Below, piece after piece: positions 34,401 to 37,212 of a DNA stretch of 37,212 nt. Location: the NCBI GenBank assembly GCA_051294375.1, contig JBJCIZ010001670.1:1-37212 (forward strand), given 5' to 3'. The notes beneath the pieces were generated by a model that was not told the DNA's origin, made no database searches, and saw nothing but the letters and a program-made list of their open reading frames with translations. Source of the stretch: Paraspadella gotoi (taxonomy: Eukaryota > Animalia > Chaetognatha). Position numbers and translations under genes: made by a program. How positions within the stretch are numbered: position 1 is the stretch's first letter; each line of letters opens with the position of its first letter.

Positions 34401-35748
34401 GAGACTGTGAGAAAATCTTGATTGAAAGCTTGCAGGGACCTGCTATGTCATTATCTTGTAAGAGTGATGGAGGCCTTAAACCACCAAAGCCTGTCCAAAG
34501 TCAGGGGCAAGATAGCTTGTTTATTAAATGAATGGATAATTTTAGTATTGGTTGTACCAATTTCATTAATTTTTAAAAAATGTCAGTCGACAAATTATAT
34601 TGTTTTTCTCCTTAATATTAATAATAGAAAATAATTTAAGAGAATAGGGAAACGAAACAGCGGCGCTTTCGGAATATAATACTAGTTTTAGGAGGGTAAG
34701 GCGGGTGAGGCGAAAGGAGAGTCGAATCGTCCGAAGACAAATGGCGAAAAAGGTGGTGTAAACGAAGACGTTAGAATCGAGTTCACTTCTTTTTCTCTTC
34801 TCTTTATTTCTTTTCAAGAGGAGGACGAGGAAGAGGAGGAAGGGAGGAGAAGGAAGGAGAAAGGAAAAGAGATAGAGACAGAGAGATATAATCCGAACCG
34901 ATTGAGANNNNNNNNNNNNNNNNNNNNNNNNNGCTGGTGTAAAATGAAGGTTGAGTCTCGGCAAGAAGCCAATTTATTGATTGATTGATGAGCGAGATTT
35001 ATGTTGAATGGTGAAGTAATCGTAGATGGGTAGAGAGAGAGATGAGTATAAGAGTAGAGATTGAGAGAGATGTAAGTCGGAGAGAGAGGATGTAGTATGA
35101 TGAGATGAGTAATGAGAGAGAGGAGGCAGGGCGTCGGAGACGATATTGTCTCAATCGCTGAATCTTCGACTCGCGCTAAAGAGGTCGGACGATATTTTGG
35201 AGATGCCGAGGATTGCGAGCGCTTTAATAGAAAGAAACGTACGTGGCGTTTAAAAGTTGATAATCGAAAGGTAATTAGAGAGTCGAGATCCGGTTGATGC
35301 GCTTTTTAAGAATAACTGGTTTGGAACGGTTTTTGTTTAATTGAGAAAATTTGGTGTGGTAACATTATTGGCTCTTTCGCCCGAAATGATTTTGCTATAG
35401 CACGGAAATTGCATTTAAACTTTTAAAAATTGAAAGAAAAAAAAATTAGTGAAGACAATAAATGAAAAAGTCAGTATAAGATTCAAAATGTACTTCATAA
35501 AATCGGAAATACAGAAAAAAGACGAATTCATAAAGTAAGCCTGGGACAGTCTACCGGTGGTGGCAACAATAAAGCAGAAGTACACAAAAGGTTAATTATG
35601 CAATTTCACACACGGCTATTCTTGAAAAATTGATGTGTGGCGGGAAGGAGAATTTTTTTTGGAAGTTAACCTGTTGATATAAAATTAACGAATTGGAATA
35701 AATACCCCACCATAGATAAGCATTTCTAAGAAAGCGAAAAATGATAAC

Positions 35749-36534
35749 ATGGGTGTGGACAAAGAACCATCCAATTCCGTTTCATTCCTCAGGCCATGTG
35801 GTGCCCGGAGGCAAGTCATGTCGCCTCCCATACCCAAAGGTCCGGGGTTTTACTACCGGTCGTTCTGGGTCACTAATGAGGGCGGGGCGCTTACCGCGCC
35901 CTGTAACAATTGGTGTTACATGCCTGATCTCGAATAAGCTCAGGAAGGACTGCTTTATATATTCGAACGGTTGTCTGCTTTCATAACTAACAATATCAAT
36001 AATTATATCTGTCTCTTTCGATTGGTGAGCCCCGACTCGAACCCAACTAGGTCAACAACAAGCACTTTCAGTGCCGACAAGTCGCCGCAAACCGTGGCGA
36101 TGCACATTTCCCGCCGCACAGACGACATCAGGCGTACAATGCCTGCAACTGGTTGACGCCACTTTCCACCTAACAACACAATTTCACTGAAGGAGTCACG
36201 CAACAGACATCTTCCTTTACGGAGGGGGAATGTATGGTCGAAGATGGATCTATAAACCCACCAACCATTATTGAGTCAGCCGGTCCATTGGTGCTCCTGG
36301 GAGGCAAGTCATTCGCTCGGAACCTCCCAACCCAAAGTGGTCCGGGGGTTATCTAGCCGCGCAGTCGGTCTCTGGCAGTTAAGAGGGACGGAGCGCTAAA
36401 CAATCGACCCGGGCCTGTAACAATTATAGTGTTTACAGGGCCTTGATTCCGAAACTCAGGTACTGTCTTCTATTGAAGAACGGTTCTGGTTCATTAACAC
36501 ATATATCAATCAGATTTTAAATTACTGTTCTTCA
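35749..36534 (+). mobile_element. TRIM-1, duplicate copy (error-rich sequence)
   Basis: LTR ~35749-36021, PBS TGGTGAGCCCCGAC at 36023, PPT GGAGGGGGAA at 36221-36230, LTR 36231-36534 (TG...CA) followed by ATAC. Confidence 0.85.
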
Positions 36535-36567
36535 ATACAAAGATGCCGGGGACCCGGGTGTAGGCGA

Positions 36568-36828
36568 TGTGAAGACGAGTGCCGCGAGCCAGTTTACCGT
36601 CCAGTGGCACCCAAGGTCCGAACTGGCTTCGGAGTATCGGTGCTGATAGTCGAAGACACTGTACAGGTGGGCTTAGACGCCCCGTCCGCTGCTTCACTTG
36701 TGTGGAATCCAGACAGGTGCGTCGAATCCCGAGCCCTTTGGTTGGGTAGGACTCCGGCTACCTCCGGCGGCCATACGTGCTGCTGATTCTCGGATACGAG
36801 TAGTGGGGTATGAAATACTTACCACTAA
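36568..36828 (-). mobile_element. TRIM-2 solo LTR
   Basis: One LTR only (TGTGAAGACGAG...TACCACTAA), followed directly by CGGA and the flank that follows 24490. No interior, PBS or PPT. Confidence 0.8.
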
Positions 36829-37127
36829 CGGAGGTTTTACTATAACAACGTTATACTATTTATATTATTTAAGGTAGGTAATAATATGTTAGAACTGCTA
36901 TTGCTTCGGTATTGCTTTCTCATCATTATTGAAAATAGCCGATGTTTTGTACTAATCTAATTCCTATGACATAAATAAATTAGAAACCTGCGAATGAGAT
37001 TTAAAGAATAGTTCGAATGGTGCCTGATCAGTGTCAAATGCCTTGAGTGTTGGATCATTTGCGGTTAGACACCGTTAACGTGTTAGATTTCATTAAAACA
37101 AGGGCACAACATGCAGATGCCGAAAGG

Positions 37128-37212
37128 TAAAAGAAGAGGAACGACGGGCGTTTAAAAGGAGACGAAGAAAGAGAGTCGAGACGGTTGAGCGCTTGAAGAA
37201 AACTTGTTGGAA
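37128..37212 (+). repeat. Start of a third copy of 22770-22850
   Basis: GACGAAGAAAGAGAGTCGAGACGGTTGAGCGCTTGAAGAAA matches 22800-22840. Confidence 0.9.

Overview
Eukaryotic, AT-rich, repeat-dominated window, probably an invertebrate animal (not determinable further). It is rich in (GA)n/(CT)n microsatellites, has eight N-gaps and contains stretches that look like uncorrected long-read sequence. No intact protein-coding gene is recognisable; most track ORFs are microsatellite or N-gap artefacts. Much of the window is duplicated: 5150-7130 matches 9880-11455, 15430-24968 matches 26270-37125, and 13005-15090 is an inverted copy of 25070-26950. The main finding is at 23.2-24.5 kb: two different, convergently oriented miniature LTR retroelements (TRIMs), each with about 230-bp LTRs, a PBS, a PPT and a 4-bp TSD (perfect for one, partly supported for the other). 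Each LTR carries a tRNA-like Pol III promoter module followed directly by a sequence that folds by hand into a type-P5 twister ribozyme, with compensatory changes between the two families. This suggests a Pol III-driven, self-cleaving, retrozyme-like element. Also present: a non-autonomous Helentron (HINE/DINE-like) family, a hAT-like MITE, minisatellites, a stand-alone tRNA-like unit and a possible Gypsy gag remnant. All alignments and folds were done by eye; boundaries in noisy regions are approximate.
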